Below, piece after piece: positions 1-10,488 of a DNA stretch of 64,000 bases. The notes beneath the pieces were generated by a model. The model was not told where the DNA came from, did no database searches, and was given only the letters and a program-made list of their open reading frames with translations. Within the stretch, counting starts at the first letter, position 1, and each line of letters opens with the position of its first letter. The position numbers and the translations under genes are program-made. The DNA is from an uncultured virus (IMG/VR IMGVR_UViG_3300042691_036566) (taxonomy: Duplodnaviria; Heunggongvirae; Uroviricota; Caudoviricetes): IMG/VR virus record IMGVR_UViG_3300042691_036566, positions 1 through 64,000 of that record; one strand, given 5' to 3'.

Positions 1-2
1 CC

Positions 3-887
3 AATGGTCAACCTGTTGGGGGAATTACTGGTTTTGTAAAAATTTTACAAAAATTAATTAGGGAAACAAACCCAAACAGGGTTGTAATTTGTTGGGATGG
101 AAAAGGTGGGTCTTCTAAACGTAAATCCATGAATAAGGGATATAAAGAAGGCAGAAGTCCGATTCGACTAAATAGAAATATTAGAAATCTATCTGAAAAT
201 GAAGAAATAGATAATAAAATTTGGCAAATGACTAGATTGGTAGAATATATCAATGCTATGCCTATTGTACAACTTCTGCTTGACGGTGTTGAGGCAGATG
301 ATATTATATCAGCCGTAGTTAATCATAAAACATTGACTAACTACAATAAGGTAATTGTATCTAGTGACAAAGATTTTATTCAGTTATGTGATAATTCGAC
401 TGTTCTGTACCGTCCTGTCCAGCATGAAGTTCTTAACAAGAAAAAAATAATAGAAGAATATGGAATTCATCCAAATAACTTCTGTTTGGCTAGAGCTTTA
501 TCTGGGGATAAATCAGATAATATTGAAGGCATTGGTGGAGTTGGATTGCCAACTGTTGCCAAACGTTTTCCTATTCTTGCTGAAGAAAAAACATATACTG
601 TGGATGAATTAGTAGATTTTTGTGTAAACGCAGAATCTAAAGTAAAAGCATATAGTAGTGTTCTTGAGCAACAAAATAAAATTAGAGACAATTACAAAAT
701 TATGCAGTTAGCTATTCCCAATATTTCTATTCAGGATTCACAAAAAATAGATTATGCATTAGAGAATAGTGAATGTACATTTAATAAATTAGATATTGTC
801 CGTATGATGATACAAGATGGATTCCCATCTTTAAATTTGGACGACCTTTTTATTCACCTAAAAAAGATTGTACTTGAGAACTGCTAA
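3..887 (+). CDS. 5'-3' exonuclease / FEN-like flap endonuclease (T4 RNase H / PolI N-terminal type), 5'-truncated by window edge
   Basis: Frame is open from base 3 (NGQPVGGITGF...VICWDG...R...YKEGR); motifs EADDII, SSDKDFIQL, GDKSDNIEGIGGVG (H3TH). Confidence 0.9.
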   Translation, partial: NGQPVGGITGFVKILQKLIRETNPNRVVICWDGKGGSSKRKSMNKGYKEGRSPIRLNRNIRNLSENEEIDNKIWQMTRLVEYINAMPIVQLLLDGVEADDIISAVVNHKTLTNYNKVIVSSDKDFIQLCDNSTVLYRPVQHEVLNKKKIIEEYGIHPNNFCLARALSGDKSDNIEGIGGVGLPTVAKRFPILAEEKTYTVDELVDFCVNAESKVKAYSSVLEQQNKIRDNYKIMQLAIPNISIQDSQKIDYALENSECTFNKLDIVRMMIQDGFPSLNLDDLFIHLKKIVLENC

Positions 888-925
888 TTTCCTGTGCTAT
901 AGTGTACATGATTTGGGAGAAATAT

Positions 926-2314
926 ATGTCATTTGTTAATGAAAAAGCTACATTTGAAAAATTTGGAACAAAGTTTCAAGAGAACCTAGTCCAACTTATG
1001 TTGGACGATAGACAGTTTTGTGATCAAATTAGTGAAGTTCTAGATATCAACTTTCTAGATGTAAAATATCTACGTCTTTTCGTAGAAAAAGTTTTTGCAT
1101 ATAGAAAAAAATATGGTACGCACCCATCACGCGATACTATGACAACCATACTTAGGTCAGATATTGAGAAAGAGAATGAACTATTACAGAAACAAGTTCG
1201 TGATTTCTATGCTCGTATTCAATCTAATGAATTTTCACTTGATGGTGAACAGCACATTAAAGACGTATCTTTGGATTTCTGCAAAAAGCAGAAACTAAAA
1301 GAAGCTATGATTAAAAGTGTTGGATTAATTCAAAACTCATCTTATGATGAGATTAGTAAAATTATCAACGATGCTCTAAAACTAGGCACAGACAATGATC
1401 ATGGTTACGATTTTATTGTTGACTTTGAAAAGCGTTTTGATATTGTAGCTCGTAATCCAATTACAACTGGCTGGGATCTAATTGATAATATTACAAAAGG
1501 TGGATTAGGCAGAGGCGAACTAGGTGTAGTTATTGCTCCAACCGGCGCAGGTAAATCTATGGCACTTGTACATTTAGGTGCGATGGCTTTACAGGCAGGT
1601 TTAAACGTGGTACATTACACTCTGGAGCTTCAAGATAAAGTTGTAGCTTTACGTTACGATTCATGTATTACTGGTATTCAATTATCTGATGTAAAAGAAC
1701 AAAAAGATCAGGTATGGGAAGGTGTAAAAGACGTACAGGGTAAGCTTATTATTAAAGAGTATCCTACAAAATCTGCATCGACAAATACAATTAAAAATCA
1801 CCTTGAGAAATTAAAACGTAAAGATTTTAAAATTGATATGGTCATTGTGGACTACGGCGATCTACTTAAACCTATCTCTGCACAAAAAGAGAAACGAAAT
1901 GAGTTGGAGAGCATCTATGAAGAACTTAGAGGGTTGGCACAAACATATGGTTGTACATTATGGACCGCCTCGCAAACCAATCGAAGCGGGCTTAACGCAG
2001 AAGTCATCACAATGGAGTCAATTAGCGAAGCCTTTAACAAGTGTTTCGTTGCAGACCTCATCTTTACCGTATCCAGAACAATAAAAGATAAGAACACAAA
2101 CGAGGGACGTATTTTCGTTGCTAAGAATCGAAATGGTCCCGATGGTTTAGTATTCCCTATTTTTATGGATACAAGCAATGTTAAGATTAAAGTCCTATCT
2201 CAGAGTACGGAAACAGCAAGTGAAATTATTGAAAGTGCTACAAAAAAGCAAGAAGAGAACTTAAAGCAAAAATACAAGAGCTTTCGTAAGGAACGAAAAG
2301 CCGTAGGAGAATAA
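926..2314 (+). CDS. dnaB: Replicative DnaB-like (SF4) helicase
   Basis: Walker A APTGAGKS, TLEL, IVDYGDLL, TASQTNR, AKNRNGPDG; GGAGA RBS before ATG 926. Confidence 0.9.
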   Translation: MSFVNEKATFEKFGTKFQENLVQLMLDDRQFCDQISEVLDINFLDVKYLRLFVEKVFAYRKKYGTHPSRDTMTTILRSDIEKENELLQKQVRDFYARIQSNEFSLDGEQHIKDVSLDFCKKQKLKEAMIKSVGLIQNSSYDEISKIINDALKLGTDNDHGYDFIVDFEKRFDIVARNPITTGWDLIDNITKGGLGRGELGVVIAPTGAGKSMALVHLGAMALQAGLNVVHYTLELQDKVVALRYDSCITGIQLSDVKEQKDQVWEGVKDVQGKLIIKEYPTKSASTNTIKNHLEKLKRKDFKIDMVIVDYGDLLKPISAQKEKRNELESIYEELRGLAQTYGCTLWTASQTNRSGLNAEVITMESISEAFNKCFVADLIFTVSRTIKDKNTNEGRIFVAKNRNGPDGLVFPIFMDTSNVKIKVLSQSTETASEIIESATKKQEENLKQKYKSFRKERKAVGE

Positions 2315-2315
2315 A

Positions 2316-2564
2316 ATGAAGAAAGTAATTATGTTTTCAGCTAGTTGGTGTGGTCCATGTCGTCAAGCAAAGCCCGTATTTAATCAATTAAAAGAGTCAG
2401 TACAGGGAGTTCAATTTGAAGTAGTTGACGTTGACGAAAACCCAGTAATGGCTACTAATTTTGGTGTAGCGGGGGTTCCAACATTTGTTGTATTAGAAAA
2501 TAACACAGAGGTACAAAGAGTGGTTGGTGGTGCAAATGTCACCAAGTTAAAAGAAATTCTATAA
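2316..2564 (+). CDS. trxA: Thioredoxin
   Basis: WCGPC active site, cis-Pro GVPTF; adjacent to RNR. Confidence 0.95.
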   Translation: MKKVIMFSASWCGPCRQAKPVFNQLKESVQGVQFEVVDVDENPVMATNFGVAGVPTFVVLENNTEVQRVVGGANVTKLKEIL

Positions 2565-2579
2565 TAGGAGAAATAAGTA

Positions 2580-4439
2580 ATGTCAAATTGGTCCAATCTA
2601 GCTAAAGTTGTATATAAAAGAACATACGCACGTAAAGATTATGGCGCGTTAGAAAATTGGGAAGACACCGTAGAACGTGTTATACATGGAAATGTAGTTG
2701 GTCATAATGTAAGCGAAGAAGAAATTAATCGTCTACGATACTATTTAATGCAACGTAAAGCTGGTCCCGCTGGTCGTGGTTGGTGGTATTCAGGTGCTCC
2801 ATCTCATAAGCGGCTCGGTGGTGTTGCATTAAATAACTGTTGGTTCGTTGCTGGTGATGATTGGACCAATTTTGTACTTGCTCAAGATCTACTTATGTTA
2901 GGTGGCGGTGTTGGTATGTCTGTTGAGCACAGATATGTCAGCAAGTTACCAAAAGTTAAGAAAGAAGTACAAATTGTCAATAAAGACACTCACGATGCTG
3001 ATTTTATTGTACCAGATAGTCGTGAAGGTTGGAACGAGCTAACTCGTCGTATTTTGGAGTCATACTTTGTTACTGGTAAGTCTTTTAGCTATAGTACTGT
3101 ATGCATTCGTCCTGCTGGTGAGCCTATACGCGGTTTCGGAGGTTCTTCGTCAGGGCCAAAGCCTCTTATCTCGTTTGTTGAAAAACTATGCGGAATTCTC
3201 AACGCCAGAGGCGGAAAACACGTCAAACCTCTTGACGCATCTGATATCTTGTGTTCAATTGCTGAGATGGTCGTTGCCGGTAATGTTCGTCGTTCAGCTA
3301 TTATTATTCTCGGTGATTGTTGGGATAAAGAGTACTTAAAGGCTAAACGCTGGGATCTTGGTAATATTCCAACCCAAAGAGCTATGGCTAACTTCTCAGT
3401 TGTTGTAGATGATGCACAAGATTTACATCCACTATTCTGGAAAACCTATGAAGAAGGTGAACCATTTGGTATTGTAAACCGTGAGAATATGCAAAAATTT
3501 GCTCGCATGGGTGAACTAAAGCCAGATACAGCTATTGGTGTTAATCCATGTGCAGAGGCAACTCTAGAAGATGGTGAGCCATGTAATCTTCAAGAAATTG
3601 CTCTTCCCAATCTAAAAAATGAAGAAGAGTTTATTGAAGCTGCGCGTCTTATGCACCGTTGGGGTAAGCGTGTAACAACAGAAAAATATCATCAGCCTAA
3701 ATGTGATGCGGTTGTAAAACGTAATCGTAGAATTGGAACTGGTATTACTGGTTGCCTACAAAGCCCATTATTTACGCCAGATGTTCTTGACCGTGCATAT
3801 GCTGCAATCCAAGACGAGAACGTAAAATATTCACGCGAACTAGGAATTCCAGAAAGTATTCGTACCACAGTTATTAAGCCTTCTGGAACTATTTCTAAGG
3901 TATTTGATTGCTATGAAGGAGTACATCCAGGATATTCACGCTATATTATTCAGCGTGTACGATTCTCAGCAAATGATTCATTAATTCCACTCCTAAAAGA
4001 AGCTGGACATTACATGGAGCCTGTGGTAAGATTCGACGGTAGCTTAGATCACAACACTCTTGTTGTTGATTTCTATGTTGCAGCACCAGACGATGCGCCT
4101 GTTGCAGATGAAGATTGGACAACTTGGAAACAATTAGATGTTGTAAAGATGGCCCAAAAACACTGGGCAGATCAATCCGTGTCAGTTACAGTATATTATA
4201 AGCGTGAAGATATTGAACAATTAAAGGTATGGCTAAATGATAATTTGAAATATCTAAAAACTATTTCATTCCTATGTCATAGCGAACACGGTTTCAAACA
4301 AGCTCCAAAAGAAACCATTACAAAAGATCAATACGAGAAACTATCAGCAAAAATTAAGCCTATTAACGACCAAAATATTGGTGATGGTGAACTAGAAGAT
4401 TCTATGGAATGTGCTGGTGGTGCTTGCCCAGTTAAATAA
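2580..4439 (+). CDS. nrdJ: Class II (adenosylcobalamin-dependent) ribonucleotide reductase
   Basis: RTYAR, LNNC, GNVRRSA, NPCAE...PCNL, TVIKPSGT, C-terminal CAGGACPVK; no beta subunit nearby. Confidence 0.9.
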   Translation: MSNWSNLAKVVYKRTYARKDYGALENWEDTVERVIHGNVVGHNVSEEEINRLRYYLMQRKAGPAGRGWWYSGAPSHKRLGGVALNNCWFVAGDDWTNFVLAQDLLMLGGGVGMSVEHRYVSKLPKVKKEVQIVNKDTHDADFIVPDSREGWNELTRRILESYFVTGKSFSYSTVCIRPAGEPIRGFGGSSSGPKPLISFVEKLCGILNARGGKHVKPLDASDILCSIAEMVVAGNVRRSAIIILGDCWDKEYLKAKRWDLGNIPTQRAMANFSVVVDDAQDLHPLFWKTYEEGEPFGIVNRENMQKFARMGELKPDTAIGVNPCAEATLEDGEPCNLQEIALPNLKNEEEFIEAARLMHRWGKRVTTEKYHQPKCDAVVKRNRRIGTGITGCLQSPLFTPDVLDRAYAAIQDENVKYSRELGIPESIRTTVIKPSGTISKVFDCYEGVHPGYSRYIIQRVRFSANDSLIPLLKEAGHYMEPVVRFDGSLDHNTLVVDFYVAAPDDAPVADEDWTTWKQLDVVKMAQKHWADQSVSVTVYYKREDIEQLKVWLNDNLKYLKTISFLCHSEHGFKQAPKETITKDQYEKLSAKIKPINDQNIGDGELEDSMECAGGACPVK

Positions 4440-4452
4440 ATTTTACTAATAC

Positions 4453-4485
4453 ACTCCGATAATACTATTTAAGTATTATCGGAGT
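4453..4485 (+). promoter_or_regulatory. Perfect 13-bp hairpin whose loop overlaps the ACTATTTA motif (terminator and/or putative late promoter)
   Basis: ACTCCGATAATAC-TATTTAA-GTATTATCGGAGT. Confidence 0.5.
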
Positions 4486-4503
4486 TTTATTAGGGGAATT
4501 AAT

Positions 4504-5532
4504 ATGAGAGATATGCAGCTTATCATGGAAAATTGGAGAAATTTTTCAAATGATGTAGAAAAAAAATCTACTGATTTATTGTTAGAAACAAAATTTGGCT
4601 CTTTCAAGTTAGATGTTCTAAATGAAGAATTATCATTAAACAGAATTTCAAGAGAAGAATATATTAAGATATTAGCAGAATCTATAGAAAATGATTTAAA
4701 ATTTATAAATGAAGGAATCCTAACAAAAGCTGTTGGAGCGTTAAAGGGAATAAAAGATGCAGTCGTTAATAAAATTAACGAAATGGGCATTAAAGTGCTA
4801 CAATTAGCTATTAAGGGTGCAGGTGCTGTCTTTGGCTTAATACAAAAAGTCTTTAGTTTAGTTGAAAAATTTAAACAAAATTATCCAACTCTTTATAGTA
4901 TAGTTGCACTGGTTGTTAAAGTGGCTTTTTGGGCAGCTATAGCATATTTAGTATATAATTCTATGGTTGGAACTGCAAAAGCTGATGTTGTTTATAGCGA
5001 TTATGGAGAAAAGGTTAGATTAACATCGGATTCTCAAGCGATGCTAAACTTACTACATAATAAAGCCGCTATGCATAAAATGGGAGTAGATCTTTCTCCT
5101 CAGATGGTAGAAAAACTAGATGCATTTATAAGATCAAAGAAAACATTTGATGTGTCAGATATGACAGAATTTAATAATATGTTTACTGCCATGCATGAAC
5201 ATTTAAAATCAGATGCGGTTCTAAAATCGCCAGAGGTTCTAGACAGAATGGGTAGTTTAATTGATGCCACACAAGCGACCGCAGAGCAAAGTGCTCAATA
5301 TTTGCAAGAAGCAGCAAAATTTGCTGGCAGAGAAACAGTAGCAGCTATTCATTCTAAAGCAGAATTATTAGCTGCGCTTAAAAAAGCTGGATACACTGGT
5401 GAGGTTGATGCTCAACATCTAAAAGATATTGTAACTGCATTACTAAAAAAGAAACATGTAACAGGCGACCCTTCCCAGTATAAAACAGCATTTTTTAGTT
5501 TGATGAATAATATAAGGGCTTTTGTTAAATAA
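4504..5532 (+). CDS. Hypothetical membrane-anchored protein with 'IMENWRNF' leader (putative virion-internal protein)
   Basis: ORF with RBS; hydrophobic segment YSIVALVVKVAFWAAIAYLVY; leader shared with 23043 and 28332. Confidence 0.6.
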   Translation: MRDMQLIMENWRNFSNDVEKKSTDLLLETKFGSFKLDVLNEELSLNRISREEYIKILAESIENDLKFINEGILTKAVGALKGIKDAVVNKINEMGIKVLQLAIKGAGAVFGLIQKVFSLVEKFKQNYPTLYSIVALVVKVAFWAAIAYLVYNSMVGTAKADVVYSDYGEKVRLTSDSQAMLNLLHNKAAMHKMGVDLSPQMVEKLDAFIRSKKTFDVSDMTEFNNMFTAMHEHLKSDAVLKSPEVLDRMGSLIDATQATAEQSAQYLQEAAKFAGRETVAAIHSKAELLAALKKAGYTGEVDAQHLKDIVTALLKKKHVTGDPSQYKTAFFSLMNNIRAFVK

Positions 5533-5551
5533 ATAAAATTTATAATTTTTT

Positions 5552-5585
5552 ATACGCCGCTTAAAAAACGGCGTATATTTTTTTA
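5552..5585 (+). terminator. Rho-independent terminator
   Basis: ATACGCCG...CGGCGTAT followed by T-run. Confidence 0.7.
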
Positions 5586-5650
5586 TTTGCACACAATATT
5601 TTTGTGTGTTATAGTATGTTCGTTGTACTTGGTACAAGAATGGAGATAAA

Positions 5651-5923
5651 ATGGGTTCAGTAATGTCATTAAACGGTACGAAAGATGAAAAAACTAAAGA
5701 GGATCGAGTAAGAGATTTTGTAAAGTCGCTTGTAGCAATTGAACAAGCTATTCAGCCATTCAAAGATCAAAAAACAGATCTTAAGAAAAGTTACGTTAGC
5801 AATAATTGGCTATCAAAAGATGATATTAAGATGGCACTAAAGGCATATCGTTTAATGAAAGATGAAACCGATATGACCGAATTAGATTCTATGTACAAAA
5901 AGGTTACAGGAAAGAAGGTATAG
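5651..5923 (+). CDS. Small helical protein, possibly GapR/T4 DsbA-like DNA-binding
   Basis: Pattern LVAIEQAI..FKDQKTDLKKSY...DIKMALKAYRL; GGAGA RBS. Confidence 0.45.
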   Translation: MGSVMSLNGTKDEKTKEDRVRDFVKSLVAIEQAIQPFKDQKTDLKKSYVSNNWLSKDDIKMALKAYRLMKDETDMTELDSMYKKVTGKKV

Positions 5924-5924
5924 C

Positions 5925-6227
5925 ATGAATTTCTATTCTAGAAATAGAAATCTAGTAATTGAAGTAGAAGATGAAAAACAACAGCAACAAAACGGTGTTT
6001 TTCTACCAGATGATTATGTAAAAGCAGCTTCTAGACTAAAAGTTGCAAAAGTTATAGATGCACAATCTGGTCAATTTCAACATGATGTTGGAAGCTATGT
6101 GTTATTTGAAGCACATATGATGCAAACTTTTGACCATGAAGGGAAAAAGTATTCAATCATTCCAGAATCAGCAGTATATGGAGTTTTTAAAAATGGACCA
6201 GACTACAAAGAATCAATTGAGTATTAA
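5925..6227 (+). CDS. groES: GroES-like co-chaperonin (Cpn10)
   Basis: NLVIE...NGVFLPD mobile loop, VGSYVLF, EGKKYSIIPESAVYGV. Confidence 0.75.
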   Translation: MNFYSRNRNLVIEVEDEKQQQQNGVFLPDDYVKAASRLKVAKVIDAQSGQFQHDVGSYVLFEAHMMQTFDHEGKKYSIIPESAVYGVFKNGPDYKESIEY

Positions 6228-6933
6228 TTTATATCATGACGGAATTGGAAAAGTGGAACTTGTTGATCATGTCGGAAGTGATCTTACAATTGTTAACTCT
6301 GCTAGGGTTAGTTTTGGAGTTCACAAAGCCGAACTGGAAGATAAAGACCGTAAGCTCATTAGATATCTTATTAAGCATAGGCATACTTCAACTCTTGAGC
6401 ACTGTTTTGTTACTTTCCGTGTAAAAGTACCATTATTTATTAGATCACAACATCACAGACACCGAACATGGAGTTACAATGAAATCAGTAGGCGTTATAC
6501 GCCGGAAAATCTTGAGTTTTACGCCCCTACAGAGTTTAGAACTCAGCATTCTAATAACAGACAAGCAAGTAATAACGACGAGCAAATTAATCCATGGATC
6601 GAAGAACCAGATCAATGGATTCAAGGAAGACGAGCATCAGATATTGTCAGAGACTTACACGACGATGCCGTTAGAACATATAACCAGTTAATGGAAGCTG
6701 GAGTTTGCCGTGAACAAGCCCGTGGTGTATTGCCACAAAATATGTATACAGAGTATTATGCAAGTGCAAACTTGAATAATATCCTAAAGTTTATTGATTT
6801 AAGGAGCCACGATGGCGCACAATGGGAAATTCAGAAAGTTGCCGATGCGATGCTCAAAATCCTTGAGCAGCTTTATCCAGAAACAATTAAAGCGTATTAT
6901 GAAGTAAGGAATCCATCTCATGAAGAAAAATAA
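6193..6933 (+). CDS. thyX: Flavin-dependent thymidylate synthase
   Basis: NSARVS, HTSTLEH, signature RHRTWSYNEISRRY, REQARGVLP, AQWEI. Confidence 0.95.
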   Translation: MDQTTKNQLSINLYHDGIGKVELVDHVGSDLTIVNSARVSFGVHKAELEDKDRKLIRYLIKHRHTSTLEHCFVTFRVKVPLFIRSQHHRHRTWSYNEISRRYTPENLEFYAPTEFRTQHSNNRQASNNDEQINPWIEEPDQWIQGRRASDIVRDLHDDAVRTYNQLMEAGVCREQARGVLPQNMYTEYYASANLNNILKFIDLRSHDGAQWEIQKVADAMLKILEQLYPETIKAYYEVRNPSHEEK

Positions 6934-6956
6934 ATCTAAAGAAACTAAGGTAAAAA

Positions 6957-7614
6957 ATGCTATTGGGGATTGTAGTTATTGTGGTCACAGTATTGTTTAT
7001 CATGCACCGATGGTTGGGTGTCTCAAATGCAGTTGCGACGAATATGAATAAACGCATGACAAAAGATCCAATGCTTCTAACTCATCATTATAATTGTTTA
7101 TCATGGGAAAAAAACATATACCGTTGTAATTGTTATATGCAGTGGGTTCAAGAAGATATGAAAGAATTAGATCGTTTTAGGGAGACTACTTCGGAGTAAA
7201 TATGAAAATAACAAGAAAATCATCAATACATAAATTAAACTTTAAAGAAGTCACATTAGGACAAGTTTTTGAATGGAATATGAATTGTTATATTAAAATT
7301 GAAGAAGTTCTACATCCAGAAGAGGATTTAAAATTTAATTCTGTTTGTATTAGTGACGGATGTGTTTGTCATTTTTCAGATACTAGTTTAGTAATACTTC
7401 TTGATGCAGAATTAATTTTGAGGGGATAATGAAATTTATAGGTAGTTGGGAATCTAAATATTTTGGATTTGTATATAAGGATATGGCATATTATGTAGGT
7501 TGGAATCATCCAACTTGCCGTGATTGGGGATATACTGAAGACTGGTATGACGGACCCATACATAGATTTTCATTATACTTTATTGCATTCCTTAAACACT
7601 ACGATAGAGGATAA
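6957..7614 (+). CDS. Three small hypothetical ORFs (6957-7199, 7202-7429, 7429-7614)
   Basis: Abutting ORFs, some with RBS-like GGAG; no recognisable motif. Confidence 0.55.
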
Positions 7615-7616
7615 AA

Positions 7617-8384
7617 ATGGAGCGCACTCTAGATTTACACTATGACACAATTGTTATAGGCGCAGATCTGAGTGCGCTTTCTTTTTCTTATGCCCAAAAA
7701 GTTCCGTTTATATATATTCGTAGATTAAAACCATATAAATATGGATTTGATTTTGATTATGAAGAAAAATTAAAAATATACGAACATATGTTTTATATGC
7801 TATCAATAAATAGATATTGTCCTTTATCAGACAAAGTTCAATCTATAAGATTAGACGAAGAAAATATGCTAAGAGTAACAACAAATACTAATTGTCTAAT
7901 TAAGATTAAATATAATAAATTAATAATAAGTGATGATTATAAAGTGGAAGGACTTCCACCGGTAAAAGATAAAACATCTTATAGTAATTGTGTAATTGAT
8001 TATTTTGGAATAGCAGATACATACGTATTAAAATTTATGGGAGACACAAGCAATGACTGTCCAAGAACAATATATTACCCAGGTACTTATGTTTCTGGAA
8101 CTAAACAGTTTAAGAATTTAATAATAAATTCGCTATTGTCGGATGAAGAATTAGAAAAAATAGACTTCTCAGAGTCTTACATGCGACTAAGGTTATATCG
8201 GATATATCAGAATATGCAAACCTTACAACACATTAGGAGAGAAATATATCCTTTAGGCAAGAATATTTATGAATTTCCAGACAATATTTCTATTTTAACG
8301 GATTCCCATGAAAAAATCTTAGGTGGTCCAAAAGTAGAAGATAGATATCTAAACTTTATAGAAAGCAGATTATGGAAAGCCTAA
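7617..8384 (+). CDS. Hypothetical protein with a degenerate N-terminal Rossmann (FAD/NAD-binding) motif
   Basis: YDTIVIGADLSAL resembles GxGxxG but two glycines are lost. Confidence 0.45.
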   Translation: MERTLDLHYDTIVIGADLSALSFSYAQKVPFIYIRRLKPYKYGFDFDYEEKLKIYEHMFYMLSINRYCPLSDKVQSIRLDEENMLRVTTNTNCLIKIKYNKLIISDDYKVEGLPPVKDKTSYSNCVIDYFGIADTYVLKFMGDTSNDCPRTIYYPGTYVSGTKQFKNLIINSLLSDEELEKIDFSESYMRLRLYRIYQNMQTLQHIRREIYPLGKNIYEFPDNISILTDSHEKILGGPKVEDRYLNFIESRLWKA

Positions 8385-9229
8385 TAAAATCAGACAATAC
8401 AGTATATCATTTAGCGGGTATAGTACCAGTTGCTGGACAACCTCTGGATTTTAATATGCCATGGCCTGATGCAATGATGCCAATAGCACAAGATTATTTA
8501 GCTGTTGAAAAATCTATTTGGGAATGTGTATTAGCGGGGTGTTCTACAGTTTGGATTGTGTGCCACATGGGTACTATCCCTCTTCTTAGAAAAAGAATAG
8601 GAGATACGGTCGTAAGACCGATAAGTGTAAATATATCTGAGAGAGATGATGCAAAACTGTCGAGCAGAGTTAACATATACTACATACCAGTTCATCCAAA
8701 AGATAGAGATAGAAGAGACTCAATAGGTTGGAGTGTACTATACGGCGCTAATAGAGCTTACTGCTTATGTAAAATGATAAGTAAGTGGGTCACTCCAGAA
8801 AAATTTTTTTGCTCATTTCCTTATGGAGTAATCGATGACGACACAATAAAAAATAATAGAAAATTGTTATTAAGCCCAAAACAGGTTATATTTTCAAATC
8901 TAGGTAAAACAGTAAAAGACGGTATTTATATAAATTTTACATTTGATGCTAATGATTTTAAAAAAGCTAGAGATCTAGTAAAAAGATATGCAATAGATAC
9001 ATGGTCAGGAGATTCTGAGCATATACCTCTTTCTCATAGGAAGAAAACTTTAGCTCTTGGTGTAGAATATATATTTAAAAATCTTGACTTAGAAAATTCT
9101 TCTGTGGTAGAATCACCATGGTTTTATGATATTTCTTCTTGGGAAAGATATTCTAATTTTATAGGTAAAAATTTACAATTAGTCAGAAATAAAGATCTTT
9201 TTATCGGAGAAAAAAGAGATAAGATATGA
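8372..9229 (+). CDS. Divergent sugar-phosphate nucleotidyltransferase-like protein
   Basis: LAGIVPVAG...PWPDAMMPI...CVLAGCSTVWIV resembles the NTP_transferase N-terminus (GIILAAG...PKxLLPI). Confidence 0.5.
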   Translation: MESLIKSDNTVYHLAGIVPVAGQPLDFNMPWPDAMMPIAQDYLAVEKSIWECVLAGCSTVWIVCHMGTIPLLRKRIGDTVVRPISVNISERDDAKLSSRVNIYYIPVHPKDRDRRDSIGWSVLYGANRAYCLCKMISKWVTPEKFFCSFPYGVIDDDTIKNNRKLLLSPKQVIFSNLGKTVKDGIYINFTFDANDFKKARDLVKRYAIDTWSGDSEHIPLSHRKKTLALGVEYIFKNLDLENSSVVESPWFYDISSWERYSNFIGKNLQLVRNKDLFIGEKRDKI

Positions 9230-10405
9230 CAAAAGAGGAAGAAGAGATTTTTCAAAAAGTTGTAAAAATGCATAGAGAGAATGAATTACTTATGGTTCTT
9301 TTTGAAGAGCTTGATGATCTTAAAAAAGATGGCTATGGGTGCTATATTTGTGATGAAAAACTATCAGGTTTATTTTTTGCTTATGAAGAATACAAAAAAT
9401 GGAAACAAAATGGATAAAAAAAAACTAATACTGGATTTTATAAATGGACCCCTTAAAGAGTATTTAGATGGGGGAGAAATTTCTTTTGGAAAATTTAAAG
9501 AAAGAATAAACGAAACATGCGGAACAGATTTCAGTTATAGTGATCTTTACCCAAGTTATCTTTTTAATGCTAAACTTACATATGAATATTTAGAGTTGTT
9601 TGAAGTAGATTCACAATACCAATGTAAAGAAATAATTCCTGGTACATTTATTGCCTGTGGTGAAGGTGTAGGAGAACAAAAGCAATATTGCTCAAACTCA
9701 TGCTATCAAAAATCAAAGGAAAATAGATGAAATACGTTATTATCAGATATTGTGATGCCGGTAGCTGGATAGAAACAGACGGCAGTTTAAAACCTATTTT
9801 ATTTGAAAACAGAGATGACGCGCAAAAAAATGCTGATATGAGAAATGATAATTGTTGGTGGTCTACTCTTAGATTTAAAGTAGGAGAGTATAAGGAGGAA
9901 GAAATAAATGATTAAATTTTTTAAAAAGTTATATTATGATTGGAAATTTAGAAATAGTACAGCGCCAGAGACAGTTTATATTGTTGCAAGACAACCAGAT
10001 GAGTTAACAGGTCTGATAAAAATTTTATCAATCCATAAAACACTAGAAGGTGCTTCAGAAGCTCGAAAAGAATATGTCCAGCAACATATGGATGGTCAAG
10101 TGGATGTTCGAAGATACGGTCTTTGGGAATAGGAGAAAATTATGAATTTTATCGGACCAACATTGAAAGATCTCTTCAATAAAGAAGAAGTTGTTGTAGT
10201 AAAAAGAGAATACAGAAGAATGTATAGGATAAATTGGGCAATCTTTTTTTCAAACCTTTATAAATTTATTGCGTTTTGGAAGCCAAAAAATAAAAGGTAT
10301 TTATATAATACGATAGTATCTAGTCAAACAGAAGATGAAGTAGCATTACTAAAAAACAGCAATATTGAGGCAGCAGTCGTGGGCAAAAATAATATGGAAG
10401 AGTAA
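9226..10405 (+). CDS. Five small hypothetical ORFs (9226, ~9410, 9727, 9908, 10142)
   Basis: Mostly overlapping stop/start junctions, RBS. Confidence 0.55.
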
Positions 10406-10413
10406 AAACTTCT

Positions 10414-10441
10414 TGACTCTGAGAATTTACAGTGCTACAAT
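10414..10441 (+). promoter_or_regulatory. sigma70-like promoter for dnaE
   Basis: TTGACT...TGcTACAAT with near-consensus spacing. Confidence 0.65.
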
Positions 10442-10488
10442 AGCCACTGATAGTTGAACCTATCGGTGGCTTTCTTATTGGAGAATAA

